Positions 22,840 through 35,668 are shown, counted from the whole stretch's first letter. The stretch: DNA of 52,459 nt, filler included, from Sphacelaria rigidula (GCA_964200075.2; 3 parts of 3 records of this genome joined end to end with filler, not necessarily neighbours in it); one strand, 5' to 3'. Made by a program: numbers and translations. Notes: generated by a model from the letters alone, not told the origin.

Positions 22840-24540
22840 GGATTTTTACGAGCCAACGCAGGGAGCTGCGCAGACAAGATATTCAGATACGGAGCCCCCC
22901 CTCCCCCTCTCCCCCCCTCCCGGGGGGCTTTTTTTTCGAAAACTGTCATTTTCCTTTCTCTTGATAATTTTGTTGCAAGAAATTAATCAATAAACACTGA
23001 CCAAAACCGAAAAGTCTGGCGAGCTTTGCGGGGTTGCGTATTTACTTCTGCTCCTTGCCCGCTCTGTCCCGATGACCTCAGATGCCGGCCACGCTCACTC
23101 ACATGTATATACACGAGCGCACGTTAGCGACAGCCTGCTGCTGAAGTAGTAACATTATCTCACGCCTTGCTAAACTTGCCCGGACTACTGGTAGGTACTC
23201 GAGGCACACGACACGGAACATGATCACATAAATGTAGCCACGGTAAATGATCTAAGTGGCGAACGTTGGCCCGCATCAGACTGGGCCGCTTACTCGTGCG
23301 CACGGGTTATTCCATGTTTTCACCCGGTGTCTCGTTACTGTTACTACCCGCCTGTCGCCATTTGCTTCCCCCTTCCCCTTCTACCCCCCGTTCCTCTCGT
23401 CCTGCCGTCTCCTTGTCTTCGTCCTCGTCCTCCCCGTCCTCGTCGTCGTCCTCCCCGTTGTCGTCGTCGTCCTCCCCCTCGTCGATGGCGACGACGAGTG
23501 CGTTTGGGCACTCACCACATGCGATCATCGTCACCAGCGGCCCCCATCGATTCTGTCCCACCCGCACGAGCGGTGCCGCCCTCCTCGTCGGTGATGAGCA
23601 AGGGAGACCCTGCCTGCGGCGCCTCCATCGCCGGCGCAGGAGCCGGCCCCGCTACTTCCTGGGGCATTTTTTTCGCAAGGCAGTAACGAAGTCTGCCTTA
23701 TCTTGTCCTCAGACGTCCCGGTCCTGAAACCAGCGATAGAAGATTGCAGATGACGCGAGGGGAAACAGAGGAAGCCGCGGCTACAATGGCACGGTGTATC
23801 GCGGCATCAAGTGATAGTCGAGCGTAGCACTAAACAGAACAAAACAATTCGGGAGCAGCGATAGGCAACAGTACGTGCTCCAATAGCTTACGCAAGTGAA
23901 AGGCCTCCTGCACAAACGAACTACATAGTGTTGCTGGTGGCAACCAAGTCTACACACCGAACATAGCAAGGACACCACCAATCGTACCTGTGTTCTCGTT
24001 CGCCTGTGTGCTGGGCGATGCCTTTTCCCGTAAACATGTCGCCGTTTTTCAGGTGTTTACCACACTTGCAGATCCATTGCCCATAAATGTTCTTGGTCGC
24101 TATTTTTACCACTGGAAGCTCGCGAGTTCGGGGTGGTGGCGGACGTGCCACAGCGGCCAACCTGAGCACAGCACTGCGAAGAGCAAACGCGAGCAAGAGA
24201 TGAATGGTCGTCCAGGTTGTGCTTCTTCTCAAATGGCATCCGACAAATTTCACGTGTTCTCAACCCTTTTAGTTTGGTGGCGTGGTATCAAGTTCAACAC
24301 AATAAATCAGCACGTTTTTCAAGCCACTGCTGCTCTGTGTCGACATGTACGCTGAGTGTGGTTTTAATGTAGACGAACACACTGAGAGACAGACAGACAG
24401 AGCAGGGAGGAAGTATACCTTCCATGGTGTAGGTTCCTCAGACAGAGATTATACCTTATTTTGGGCCACAGGTCTGTGAAAGTGTGTGCGAGGGAAAGGT
24501 TCGGCCTACTGCAGGTACTTCGTTGGCGCATAAAAATTCC
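22840..24540. mobile_element. Possible ~1.7-kb TIR element carrying a decayed minus-strand ORF (Zn-finger-like plus acidic tract)
   Basis: GATTTTTACGAGCCAACGCAGGGAGCTGC (22841) is inverted-similar to GCAGGTACTTCGTTGGCGCATAAAAATT (24511). Minus-strand peptides WICKCGKHLKNGDMFTGKGIAQHTGEREH and DEGEDDDDNGEDDDEDGEDEDED lie inside. Confidence 0.45.
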
Positions 24541-24629
24541 ACATCATCTTTTGCAACACAACGTCAGGGGTCTACTTCCAACTGAAGAAAAATAATGGGA
24601 ACTGTAGACGAGACACATTGCCGTCTTAC

Positions 24630-25510
24630 TAACACCAACTTTTATGGCAGTCAACAATCTCGATTTGTGCGCAAATCGGGGAAGCCAAAACGGAAAACGC
24701 ATTTGATGGGCCCCAATCTAGGCCAAATCGGGCAAGTGAAAATCGGGATGTCACGATTCGAGAACAATTGTCGCAAACATCGAGGGGAATTTGAGGTACC
24801 CCGGATTTGGCGGAAGGTGACGTGCGTAAATTGACGTACAGAGATGGGTTAATATGCGTATAATATTTTTGCCACCGCAGCAGCAGACAGTCTCGTGACA
24901 GCGCAGGGAGTGCCTGGCCGCGCCAGCCGCTGAAGCAGCTTCTCTAAGGGTTCGACAAACGGATAATAAGTGTTGACGCCCTACCCTGCGGCGATGGAAA
25001 TATTGATGCTGCACTGTGCTGCCGTATGTATCACCATAACGAACGGTACCGTACTCTCCTACTCTGTTGTCGCTGTACTTGCAGGGTGATGTATGGCACC
25101 GCACTCGTGAACTCTTCTCGCACACTGCCCACTGTTCCCGCAATACCGACTGTGCCATCATGTATCACCACACGGCACTATCGTGTACTGTACTGATATA
25201 GTGTCCTGCACGGTATTACCCTAGGGTACCACGGTACGATACTGTACTCGAAGGATTATTCACCGCACACAAACACATACCCTTCGGCCACCGACGGATT
25301 ATTCACCACCGGCCGGCTCTTCGGTTCGACTAGTACGCGATGCCACACTCATGCAGAAGATGGCCGTCCGCGTACAAAAACTATTTTTCGAATCTGTGAG
25401 ACTGTAAAACGATCTCCACGGATCTGACTTTCGCAAAAATGAGTCCCCCCAGTTTTGTACAGATTGGGGTCTCCACAGAATCGAGATTCGTTCCCATACA
25501 AGTTGCTCTA
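24630..25510. mobile_element. ~880-bp non-autonomous TIR element, copy 2 (same orientation as copy 1)
   Basis: TIRs TAACACCAACTTTTATGGCAG...AATCTCGATTTGTG and CACAGAATCGAGATTCGTTCCCATACAAGTTGCTCTA. Internal homology to 21752-22631. Confidence 0.85.
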
Positions 25511-25516
25511 CTCTGA

Positions 25517-25985
25517 GGCCGCTCCTTATAACAGACAAAAATAAAAATCTGGGAAAGTGCCTTGTTGGAGCTTCTGCGTCATTTTACGCCCTAAAAGAGA
25601 GCTAGGCAGAAGTTCACACCTTGGAATGCCTTGCTCTACTGGTTGAGGCGGTTCCAGGACATCTTACCGTTTTCCGGTGGCCGCAGTTTTTATTTTGACA
25701 AAGCAAGAAATTTTGTCCGAGAATGGTCAAGTCAAAAGAAAAATGGCGATTTTTTCTAGATTTGACTGGTTTTGACCGCTCTTGGACAAAAATTCTTGAT
25801 TGGACGAAAGGAAAAGTGCGGCCACCGGAGAACGGGAAGATGTCCTGGAATCGCCTCAACGAGTAGAGCAAGTCATTCCGAGGGGTCAAACTCCGCCTAG
25901 CTATCTTTCAGGGCGTGAAACGACGTGGAAGCTAAAAAAAGGCACTTTTCCATATTCACAGTTTTGTCTGTTAAAAGGAGCGGCT
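25517..25985. mobile_element. Palindromic MITE, PIF/Harbinger (Tourist)-like
   Basis: TGA|GGCCGCTCCTTATAACAGACAAAA ... TTTTGTCTGTTAAAAGGAGCGGCT|TAA. Arms pair over more than 200 bp, and the 3-bp flanks TGA/TAA resemble a TWA TSD with one mismatch. Confidence 0.8.
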
Positions 25986-27220
25986 TAATAAGGGCCCGTC
26001 TAGCCCTTTTTTCGATCGAAAAAAAGAGGCGGCGGAATTGATGTGAGCAAAATTCGCTCATTTTTCTCGACTTGGGTCCAAGGGAGTCATCAAATCTCAA
26101 TCGAAAAATAAAATCGTGAAGCAGTACATGGTCGCTTGTGTTCAGTACACACAGTCTGTACCGTTCACACTGGTTGCGTGTTTCGTACAGTAGAATGTAG
26201 AAGAGAAGCGGGCAACGTACAATGCAGACAGCGCAGGGCATTTTTTTCTGCTTACAATGCGACGTGAAAGGAGTTGGACGACCTGAAGCTTTATACAGCC
26301 TGCGTTGCCTGTTTTCACGTTCTAAAGTCGATATAAATTGAACAAGACACGGCCTAAGACAAGCCCTAACCATGCCCCTAAAAAAACATGACAGCTCTCT
26401 TGAACTTGCCTTTCGCACAGTTCTGACATTGGGTCCTAATGTCGAAAACGTGTATAGCACAGTAGTTGTTGCAAGCAAGTTGCGCATCAATAGTCGTGTA
26501 GAAGGGAGGGAGGTGGTAGTTAGAGTTTGTGTGGGTATAGGTGTTTGGCTTTTCTCAACCATTTCTGAACACAAAACCGCAAGGCTCTTACCTTTGCAAA
26601 CATCGTTGAGCCTTGGATCATCGTTCGAGGTTGGCAAATCTAAAACCATTTACCCTCTGTCTTTTCCCTTCTTCATGGTGTTCCAGTACCCCCTGTTGGG
26701 AATTATGCACACTATTTTTGCCAAACACATGCATACACATGCGGCATACCAAGCCAAGTTCCTCAAAGCCGTGAGACGGGCGACGAGTGGGGCAGCGGCC
26801 GCTCCAGAAGATACATCGGAGCCCTCGCTAGTAGAGGGAACTGCTGAAGATGAAGCTCCGGGGGGGGGGGGGGTGTTCGCCATCCCAGCGGTCTTCATGT
26901 CAGAGATATCTGTACACGGCAGCTGACCGCATCCGCCAACGCCTCGGCAATAAGCTGAAGGACGAAGGGCTGGTTGCCCCCCCCCCCCCTCTCAAAAAAT
27001 CATTTTTTCGATCTTGGGGTATACGTGTCCAGAAATCGTTTTTGCCCAGCCCTCTGCCCAACGGCATAATCTGTCACAACGGAACATCCTGGTCACTTCG
27101 CCGGACACCGCCCCCAGCTGTGGCGCGCATATGACACGATTGTTCTTCAAGATTGCCCGGCTCATAACTGTTTGTATGCACTAATCCTGTCGTTGAGATG
27201 GGATCATTGCGATCCTGCAG

Positions 27221-27744
27221 TTGGCGACTACTATAGCTTTTAGTGTCGACTTGCTCGCGCTCGGTATGTCGCATGAAAGGTATCGCCAACAAAGCCGGAT
27301 GGACGACGGACCCCCGAACAGAGGGCGGCAGTGGGCCGTGGTAGCGGCGCGCATGAAGGACGGAGCGCTGCAAAGGCTAGAGTGCAGCAGTGACAGCAGT
27401 GATGATGATGGCACAGATGATGACGAGGGATTCGGTGATGAGCAAGCTGCCGATTTTAAGGTGAGCACGAGACTCCTACATTTTTGTGTTGACTAAACAC
27501 GGGACATGTTCCAAAAGCTTCACTATACATTTTATTTTATTTTCTCGTGCAGTATCCGTCCTTGGCGCTTGAAAGTCCTAGCGTCGATGGATTTTGGGAA
27601 GAGAAGCAGGCCGTACTCAGAACACAATCCTCAATTGATGTTGTCGGGGTGATACGGAGTAAGCACCTTGTTCATCAGGTGGTGTTATCGAACATCACTG
27701 GCCCAAAAAATTGGTGTTTCGGCTCTAGCTCAATAAATAGATGA
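27221..27744 (+). CDS. Spliced coding fragment (exons 27221-27460 and 27553-27744): Myb/SANT-like helix plus acidic tract, possibly a Harbinger accessory protein
   Basis: CTAAT branch-like site and CTGCAG acceptor before 27221. AAG|GTGAGC donor and T-rich TGCAG acceptor, with the phase-0 join preserved (ADFK|YPSL). The motif DLL...RGRQWAVVAARM resembles trihelix/Myb-SANT helix 2. Confidence 0.45.
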
Positions 27745-28571
27745 ACTTTTTCTTAGAAAAAGCAATCCTTTTCATTTATTCACGAAAACGACTGGAATTA
27801 CTCCAATCGAGCAAAAATACTCAAGGGTCGGAACCTGAGACTGGGCAGTCTCAGGACTCCCGAAAATCGGTCACCCCGTAAGTCGTTCAATAATGAGCGG
27901 AGATATGTTGTTATTTCGAATGTGGAGAGGATGCCTAGTATATCCCGATCCCCAAACTTTGGGGTCAAGCGTTTACTGGAATGAGCGGTGGCACGCGAAA
28001 ACTCTTTCGAATATCCCCAACTACGAAAAACTGCGAAAGTCTCCAATTTCAGGTGTGAACTACTGTAGTTGTAAAGTGTGTCAACCATGGACGGAGTGTA
28101 GCCCAACTCAGGCTAACCCATCTCCATCAATTGACCCCTTCTTACTCTCAATAGTATCCTAGACTCTCAATTTCACGAAAACATTGTTGAGTCGTGTAGG
28201 TCGTCTCTGGCACACCCTGGACAATGATTTTCATTGTCAAAAAGTGTACTGGGTACAGTGTCGACTGTTGCGTCTATTGCAATAGACAATAGATTCCATA
28301 CTGTGCCCAGTACATTTTTATTTTTCGGCAATGGAATCTATTGTCCAGGGTGTGCTCTCTCGAATGGAGACGCGTACTGCAGTGAAGTAAGCCACAAGGC
28401 TCGCGTTGGCATACATCTGAGGGAAAAAAACCCCTGCCCTCTCTCTCTCTCCACGGTTTACCGTACACGAATCAGCATACACCATCGACTGCAGTGTTTG
28501 CTCTTCAGGGGCGAGTTTACACCTGCAGTACTTAGAGCGAGATATTCTTGGTACTTGTTATATCAAACACC

Positions 28572-28797
28572 AGCCTTAATCCTGACCCCAACCCCAGCCA
28601 CTCCAACCTTAGCCCCAACCAAGGCAGACCGAGAACCCCTCGGGCAGAGGGTGCATTGATAGTTCAGGGTAGACTATTCAGAGGTGGCTCTAGGCCCATC
28701 CAGCGCTGAACATCCATGGTTCTTTTTCTTTAAGGAGCCCCAGCCTCAACCCAACTCTTACCCCAGCCAAGAGGACCGAGAACCCTGGGGCAAGAGG
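28572..28797 (+). repeat. Degenerate CCCTAA/CCCCAA-like repeats in two related units ending GACCGAGAACCC
   Basis: Units at ~28572-28650 and ~28738-28797. A similar degenerate CCCTAA tract lies at 30227-30401. Confidence 0.55.
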
Positions 28798-29805
28798 TAG
28801 CAAGGGGTAGCAAGGGGTGCGTTGACATTGCAGGTGCCCATTCGAGCAAGCACACTGGCGAGCACCTCAAACTGGCAGCGCCATGAAGACCTGAGTGTCA
28901 GGCTCTTTGCTGAGACCGAACAGATTTAGCGACCGATGTTTTGCGGTCGCTTCGTGTCAACAGGGCCGTGTGGGGGCACGACCTAATTAACCTCGACTGA
29001 TACTAAATATTTTCGTCGTTCCTGCCGCGAAGTCTTGAACTCAAATCGCACAGGACGTAGATTTTGGTCGTCACATGCATACGATCTATCATGTTGGCAG
29101 AGTAGTTGCTTTCTATCGTTGCTTCTTCGGAATGCGTCCCGCTCCTTTTTTCGCTCCGAACCTAACTGGCCCGGCACCAAAATGTCAGGAGAAGACGTAC
29201 AAGATCGTTTTGAATGCTGGCGGTCATTACGTGTGACCTGCGTCGGTCACCGACCTGACGCATAGGATATGTCGCTGCAGTCCTATCTGAGGTGTTCGCC
29301 GTTACTCCCAATTTTCTCCTTCAGAACAATATATGCTGAACACTTGTCCCGTGATCGCTCCATCGCAATAATGTTTGCGAACTGCACGTACCTTCAGCGC
29401 ACGCACATTTGCATATACTTCCTTCTATACCATTTCCCTTAGACATTTTTTTTTATTTTCATCGGGATCGGTTTTGCATGTTCTTAGTCTCCTCTCCTCT
29501 CCTCTCCTCTCCTTCCCCTTTCATCCCCCGCTGTTTCGCTGGCCCCTCGTTTATTTCGTGTACAGCGTTAGGCTCGCTTGCTCTATCGTTTTGTCCGCGC
29601 CTTTTCCCTTTGTCGAGTTACCTTCAAGGAGCGTTTCCGTTTTGTTCGCCTTGGGTACGCGTATCTTGTGGAAAATAACCACGACTACATATATCTAATG
29701 GCGAATGACCCTCGAAGATCAGTCAACGCACAACAACCAATCAAACCAAAAATGTTGAATAAAATATGTTCTCTTCTCCTTTCCGTCGCCCATGTACTTG
29801 AAAAG

Positions 29806-30197
29806 GCAACAAGCACCTTCCTACGGTCCACCAGCCTTAACCGTGCCCTTTCAATTTCAGCGCCATCTTCCATTGGCTTCAACACCAACAGCCGCACAAG
29901 TATCGGCAGCGGGGATCAAGCGATGGGCGTTTCCCCCGGTGGGTGGCCTTCTCCCGGAGTGGACGAGAGTGTGCAGGACAACGGTAGCCCACCGCGTCGC
30001 CACCATCGGGCATGCAGAGCACACTTTCGATCTAATGGCATCCTGTTGACTCCAATCGACGCCGGTAGATGCACGCCGCGGATGTCCGACGCACCTTATG
30101 CGTCGGAGTTATCGCCATCTTCACTGCTCAAGGGTACACCAGAGAACACGTCGCGGGCGCTACCTTGTGCGGTTTCCTTTCCATCCGTATTACCAAG
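29806..30197 (+). CDS. Host gene, candidate exon A (Ser/Pro-rich)
   Basis: Pyrimidine tract plus AAG acceptor; open frame; AG|GTGATT donor in phase 2, matching the phase-2 start of exon B. Confidence 0.55.
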
Positions 30198-30837
30198 GTG
30201 ATTTGTTATTTCAGTTGCCACAGACTGACCCTTACCCTACCCCTAGCCGTAGTGCTGACCCCCACCCCTTCATGGTGAAGCGGACAGTTCTCATCTCATG
30301 AGCGAACGGACGATCAAGCGCAGCTCCGGCGTCGCCGTAGTGGTAACACCGCCCATAGCCCTAGCCCTAAAACCCAAGCCCTAACGCTAACCCTATACCT
30401 AGTTCGTAGATGTAACTTTTCACGCAGCGCTACTCACGGTAGCCCTTGGACGCACAGTTTGATGTTGGGAAAAAAAAACTTGCGGGATACGAGCATTGTT
30501 GCCATGTCAACGCCCAAGTTCATGCCGACGATACTTGGAATGTGGGTAGTTGCCAAATGCGATAACATCACATCCCAGGTGTTTCAACCAAAAATCTGAT
30601 TCCCATTTCTAGCATGAATTCGAGAACAAAGGAACAAAACATGAAAACACGATTCTCTCCTCGCGTTGAGTTGCCCCTACAAAGTTTTGGCTCTCCTCTC
30701 TCCTCATTTTTGCCCCGCATTCCGCTAAGTCGACGGACCGTTCGTTACCGGGCGTGCGAAACGACTGATGGGTCTGGAGGATGTGCTGCGTGATGTTTGT
30801 ACGAGTGGTCACTTTTTTCTTGTCGTGGTCGGTAAGC

Positions 30838-30895
30838 ACTTCACCACTTCACCACTTCACCACTTCACCACATAACCACATAACCACATAACCAC
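30838..30895 (+). repeat. Compound minisatellite (ACTTCACC-like 7-mer, then ATAACCAC 8-mer)
   Basis: Seen directly in the sequence. Confidence 0.9.
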
Positions 30896-31085
30896 GTGAA
30901 GACGTAGACTTGATGTGTTCATGTGTTTCCGATCAATTTCCTGCCCGCACTTTTTCAAGCCTGAAGCGTCGCTTTTGCTGTCCAATACCCGTCGGTTGTC
31001 ATTGCTATGGCATTATTTCGTCTCCATCTAGGTGACGATGTCTGCTCATTTGCCCTTATTGGTTTGTTTCACGTTTCATGGACAG

Positions 31086-32094
31086 TGCCTCTCCGACTGC
31101 TCCAGACACCCCTCAATACGGACAAGAAAACGGGCCGGAGCAACCTGAACGAGCCCCGTTTCATGGCTCGCAATCTCCATTCTCCCCCTCGTCATCTCCC
31201 GAAGGCGCCCATCCAAACGGAAAGCCACATGGAGAACCGAAGGAGGGATCCTCTCCCACGTCTAGCGTAGCCAAGGGGGACCAAACCAAAGAACGTGTGC
31301 ACACTATCGTCAGCACTGTTACCTGTGACCCTTGTAGTCCTGTCAAATCTGGACGTAGCGTTGACGGTAATAGCAGCGTCGGTTTGACGGCGCGGTCTAC
31401 GGAGGAGGAAGTAGTCAAGGAGCCATCGAGCACTGGGGAAGCCAGGTTAGTCGCAGAGCGCGATGTGAGATGTCTCATCGGCGTGTTTTCTTTCATGGCC
31501 GGCCTGCTGGTCCCCGCGAACTTGAGCTGGCTGCTGCTTCTCGCCAGCTTTTCCGCGTCGGTGAATATTTTGACCAGGTTATCACCGCGGTTGCGGTTGG
31601 CTGCACAAGAAGGAAGGTTGATGCCAGTCTTTTGTAACCCGCTTGGGGCTGTTGAGGGCCGACAAGAAACGAACCCTACCGCTACCGCTGCTCTTTCCCA
31701 CGAATCTATGACGACCTCCGAGAGGTCAGCAAAAGTGCCATTGCTGCACAGCTTGTCCACCCTCTCCACATTGTCCCTTCAGTGCAACCGTCACGAGGCA
31801 GGGGTGAGGTCCGCCTCGCCTTTGCTGGGGGCAGGTCCCTTGGGGAAAAATGGCAGCCGCCGGTCCCTGTTTGCGGTGATGAGCCAAAGATTGGGCGAGT
31901 CGTTCAAGAATATGACCGTGGAACGAAGCTGTGACCCTCTGGAGGGAGCGCGCGATGCTGATGGTGCGACGATCCAGGGCGGTGACGATGAGCGTGCAGA
32001 TGAAGCATCGCGAGGCTTGAATTGCGGCGCTGATGCCGACAGCCAGGGGAGCAGCCGTGGCATAGAAATGCGGAGAGGCGATTTGCACTGGCAG
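31086..32094 (+). CDS. Host gene, candidate exon B with a hydrophobic transmembrane-hairpin-like segment
   Basis: Lies inside the 361-aa ORF. T-rich GACAG acceptor and CAG|GTGCAC donor (phase 0). Hydrophobic segment CLIGVFSFMAGLLVPANLSWLLLLASFSASVNIL. Confidence 0.65.
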
Positions 32095-33453
32095 GTGCAC
32101 AATCTGTGTACGCATGTTTCATTCCTCTTTTGTGATTGTTGGGTCACGTTCAATGATGGATAACGACATGGTCAGCTTCGACTAAAAAGTGGCATTAGCG
32201 CGTCAAGTGCGTCCTTGCGCTTGTACCTGCACTCTCTCGCTTCTTGCGCCTTCTTCTTGCCCGCGCAAAGCAGTGATGCCACCGGTCGTGTTGTATCATA
32301 CTGAACGTACTGGATCTCTACATTTTGACCAAACCAAAGATGACACCACACCAAGGTATTGGCGAGTGTGCTTGAACATCGTGTCACCCGTGGACAACGA
32401 TATGGTTGGATGGCGTTTATGTGTTTTGACGTGGTGGTGTAACTGTGTGATGCATTTTCGATTGGTTTTTGCTTCGATGCACCTCGTGTTGTGTGGCACG
32501 ACTTCTGATAATGTCGCCCCAGGTTGTATCGTCGCTTTCGGCCGATCAGCGTGCTTTCGTCGCCTCTGCGGGGGGGGAAGAGAAGATCCGATTGGTGCAG
32601 CAGGTACTGTATTGAGCCAAGAGTCACCTCGATCGTTAGTTACACTCGTAAGTATTCTCGTGTTGTGGTTCTGACAACAGCTGGGTACCTCATGGATGGT
32701 CTAACGCAGACGTGACGTGAGATGCAAGGCGTGAGACTATCAATCGACCAGCTTTCTCAACCAAGCAATCAACCCACGGTCTCTGGCGGCTTGATTAGGG
32801 TGCAGTCGCAGGCGAAACATGCGTGGTATGTCACTCCGGTTGCAGGGGCTGCGCCGCACAGTGGTTGAGAAGCCTAGGCAATCGGATGTGGGTGTATCTG
32901 AGGCGGTCATGGTGAGGTGATGTGAGTTTGCCACGCATCGTGTATCCCACGTACCCCACGTTCAGCTTTTACAGCAGGGCCGAAATCGTTTTCATTCGCT
33001 CGTTCCTCTGTATTTTTTATCACGGTATGCATAAATAAAAGATGGTATTCACTCCATGGGGATATTTCACAGACGACTTGCCACCTTCACTAGAGAGTTC
33101 GAGAGTCAGCAGGTGTTGGAAATGAAGCAGGTCGTGCTCAAACAACGTCTTTCAATTTTGTGTTGTCGGAGCGACACGGAGTAAGGCCTCGTTTGTCGAG
33201 GGGGTGTTGTCGACCGGATTTAGCCCAAACCACAGTTCTCCTATTGTTACGCAATGAATATCAGAAAGTAGAACAACTGAAGGCATAAAATTGTTCATTA
33301 TGACGATCCGGATCGGTTCGGTCGAGCGGAAATACCGAAGAGCGAGAACCGGGGGCTGTACACTGGCAGGACCCCCGAAGACCGGCAAGCCCGTATCTCG
33401 TTCAAAATTGGTCATTGACGATATAATTTTTTTCCTCGAAATGTGGGTCGGGT

Positions 33454-34279
33454 CGAGGGGCCCCATATCGGGAAATGGCTGCACCACTGCCAACCCCCTC
33501 CCCTCCCCCCCCCCCGCGGTCGAGAGAGAGGAAAATACCAAATCAAATAGGAAGAAACCTTATTTTTCCTATTTCTCCACTAGTGTACGGAATTGAACGA
33601 TTATTTAGATATCTCCGGGTTCGCCTCAACGTGAGCAGCCGAAAACCGAGAAGTTCAGGTGTGTTAGTCGTTCTTGCGGCCATCGGGGAGCAAATTTGCC
33701 GGCTAGAAAATGACTTTTGAGTCGCCGTGATCACTGGATGATGAATATTGAGCCCCGCTAGCTTTTGCAAGACAACTTGTTACCGACCTGGTGCTATCGC
33801 AGTGATACGGCCGCCATGCTGAGGAGGGCGGTGTACGACGAACAGGTCTGTACTGCCACTGAATGACTGAAATGTACATGTAGTAAGTTGACTGTGCGGT
33901 GTTATCAGCCGACACGAAAATGTTCTGATATTATAGACGTGCACAATGTGTGAATTGCAGACGATCACGGACTTCGCCCGCGTTTGGGCAACAGCCGTGT
34001 ACATACGACGTATATATCAACATATCGCAATTCAAACTGCACTGCGACACACGAAAGGGAGAGGTTGCGAAGGGAAATGTTTTCGACGTGGTGCGGCGAA
34101 AAGGAGTATCCAACATCGAGGTAGCGGCACTTCTGAAACGCAATTAACGTGAGATCAAAGGATATGGCTCATATACCCTTTGCGTGAGATGAATACACGT
34201 GCGGTGCAGTGCAGCAACTACTGTCACCATCATCCAGCGATCAGGGGGATACCCGCCCCCCCCCCCCCCCCAATCCCGC

Positions 34280-34315
<36 letters not shown>

Positions 34316-34506
34316 CCCTTCTTACGCCCNNNNNNNNNNGTCGAGGGCAGCAACTACTCTCCCCCCCAACCAGCGATCAGGGGGATACCCCCCCCCCCCC
34401 CCCACGGAATCGGGAACCCCCCCCCCCCCCCTCCTCCAACCCCAGAACGACTTTTTTGAGGCCTGGGGGGCGGTGGTGCAGCCATTTCCCGATATGGGGC
34501 CCCTCG
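33454..34506. repeat. Inverted repeat pair (33454-33490 / 34470-34506) flanking ~1 kb; probable intronic TIR element
   Basis: CGAGGGGCCCCATATCGGGAAATGGCTGCACCAC is the exact reverse complement of GTGGTGCAGCCATTTCCCGATATGGGGCCCCTCG. Confidence 0.7.
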
Positions 34507-34621
34507 GTCGAGTACTCACGTCGCTCGATTCTCAAAGTTTGGGATCAAACAGACACCGTGATGAATCGCGGTAAGCGAAAAACCTGAAAACATCGCTTTC
34601 GATCGAAGATTTGTTTGAAGT

Positions 34622-34683
34622 TTGATATTATTATTTTTTTGGTATTATGGTTATGGTTATGGTTGTGATTTTGATGATTGTTC

Positions 34684-34725
<42 letters not shown>

Positions 34726-34778
34726 GAGTAGTAGTAGTAGACATAGTAGTAGTGGTGGTGGTAGTGGTGGTGGTAGTA
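34622..34778 (+). repeat. Microsatellite cluster (TTATGG)n, (TAG)n, (GGT)n
   Basis: Seen directly in the sequence. Confidence 0.95.
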
Positions 34779-34944
34779 TCAAGGGATGGCATCTCTGTCA
34801 GTTCCGGCACTGCATCCAATTTTTTCCTTGAAACTTAAATTTGGCGGCGGCGGTGGTGGGGCGGGGGGGGGGGGGATACTCATTCGTTGCTCGCCTTGAG
34901 TTATTTGACCATGTAACTCGCATCCCTTTCAGCACCGTTGCTAC

Positions 34945-35044
34945 NNNNNNNNNNNNNNNNNNNNNNNNNNNNNNNNNNNNNNNNNNNNTTAATTAATTAA
35001 NNNNNNNNNNNNNNNNNNNNNNNNNNNNNNNNNNNNNNNNNNNN
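34945..35044. other. Assembly gap spacer (N44-TTAATTAATTAA-N44)
   Basis: Same 100-bp construct as 17423-17522. Confidence 0.97.
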
Positions 35045-35668
35045 CTGAAGTTAGCCGTATGTACTCCCTTTCTTCAGTATTATTTATTCCTGTTTTGCTT
35101 GTATCGCGTTTTGTGAGTTTTTGAATCTGGGTCTATTTTGTTTTTTTTTTGGCTTTTTTGCTAGCCTGTGACCACGGAACGCGTCCGCATCAGATGCCCA
35201 GTACGAATGTACCGCGCAGATATCGGACCGGTTTTCAATGTGAAGACAACAACAACAACAACAACAAACCTTGAATCACCCCTCTGCACATGAGAAGAGT
35301 GCCGCAAGAACCTCGATGAAAAAAGAACGGACATGACAAACGTGCGCCCGAGAGGTAGCGTGGACGTTTAGCGCGTACATATTGCTCCAGCAGCGGTATA
35401 TGTAGGCGCACCAGCTGGGCTCACACAGGAGGAAGATAAGTTGCTCCCAACATCATGATACCGGATTTTAATTTTCCTAATACAGTACTTGAGTCACAAA
35501 AGTGCCTCCGCCGAGAGCAGGACGAACAGTAGCAAAAAGTGTCAGTAAGACAACGCCCAGGCCTCTTCACGAGTAGGACGTCATCGACGATCTCGAACTG
35601 CTGAGCATACGAAACATGAGCGATCTTCCCCTTCTCTTCTCCTCCTCTCTCCATCTATGCCGAAACAG

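Noticed and set aside
34180..34587. Poly-proline/extensin-like ORFs
   Set aside because: They come from poly-C runs duplicated on both sides of a 10-N gap, probably an assembly overlap inside an intronic repeat.
34622..34838. Poly-Ser/Val/Thr ORFs
   Set aside because: These are translations of (TAG)n/(GGT)n microsatellites.
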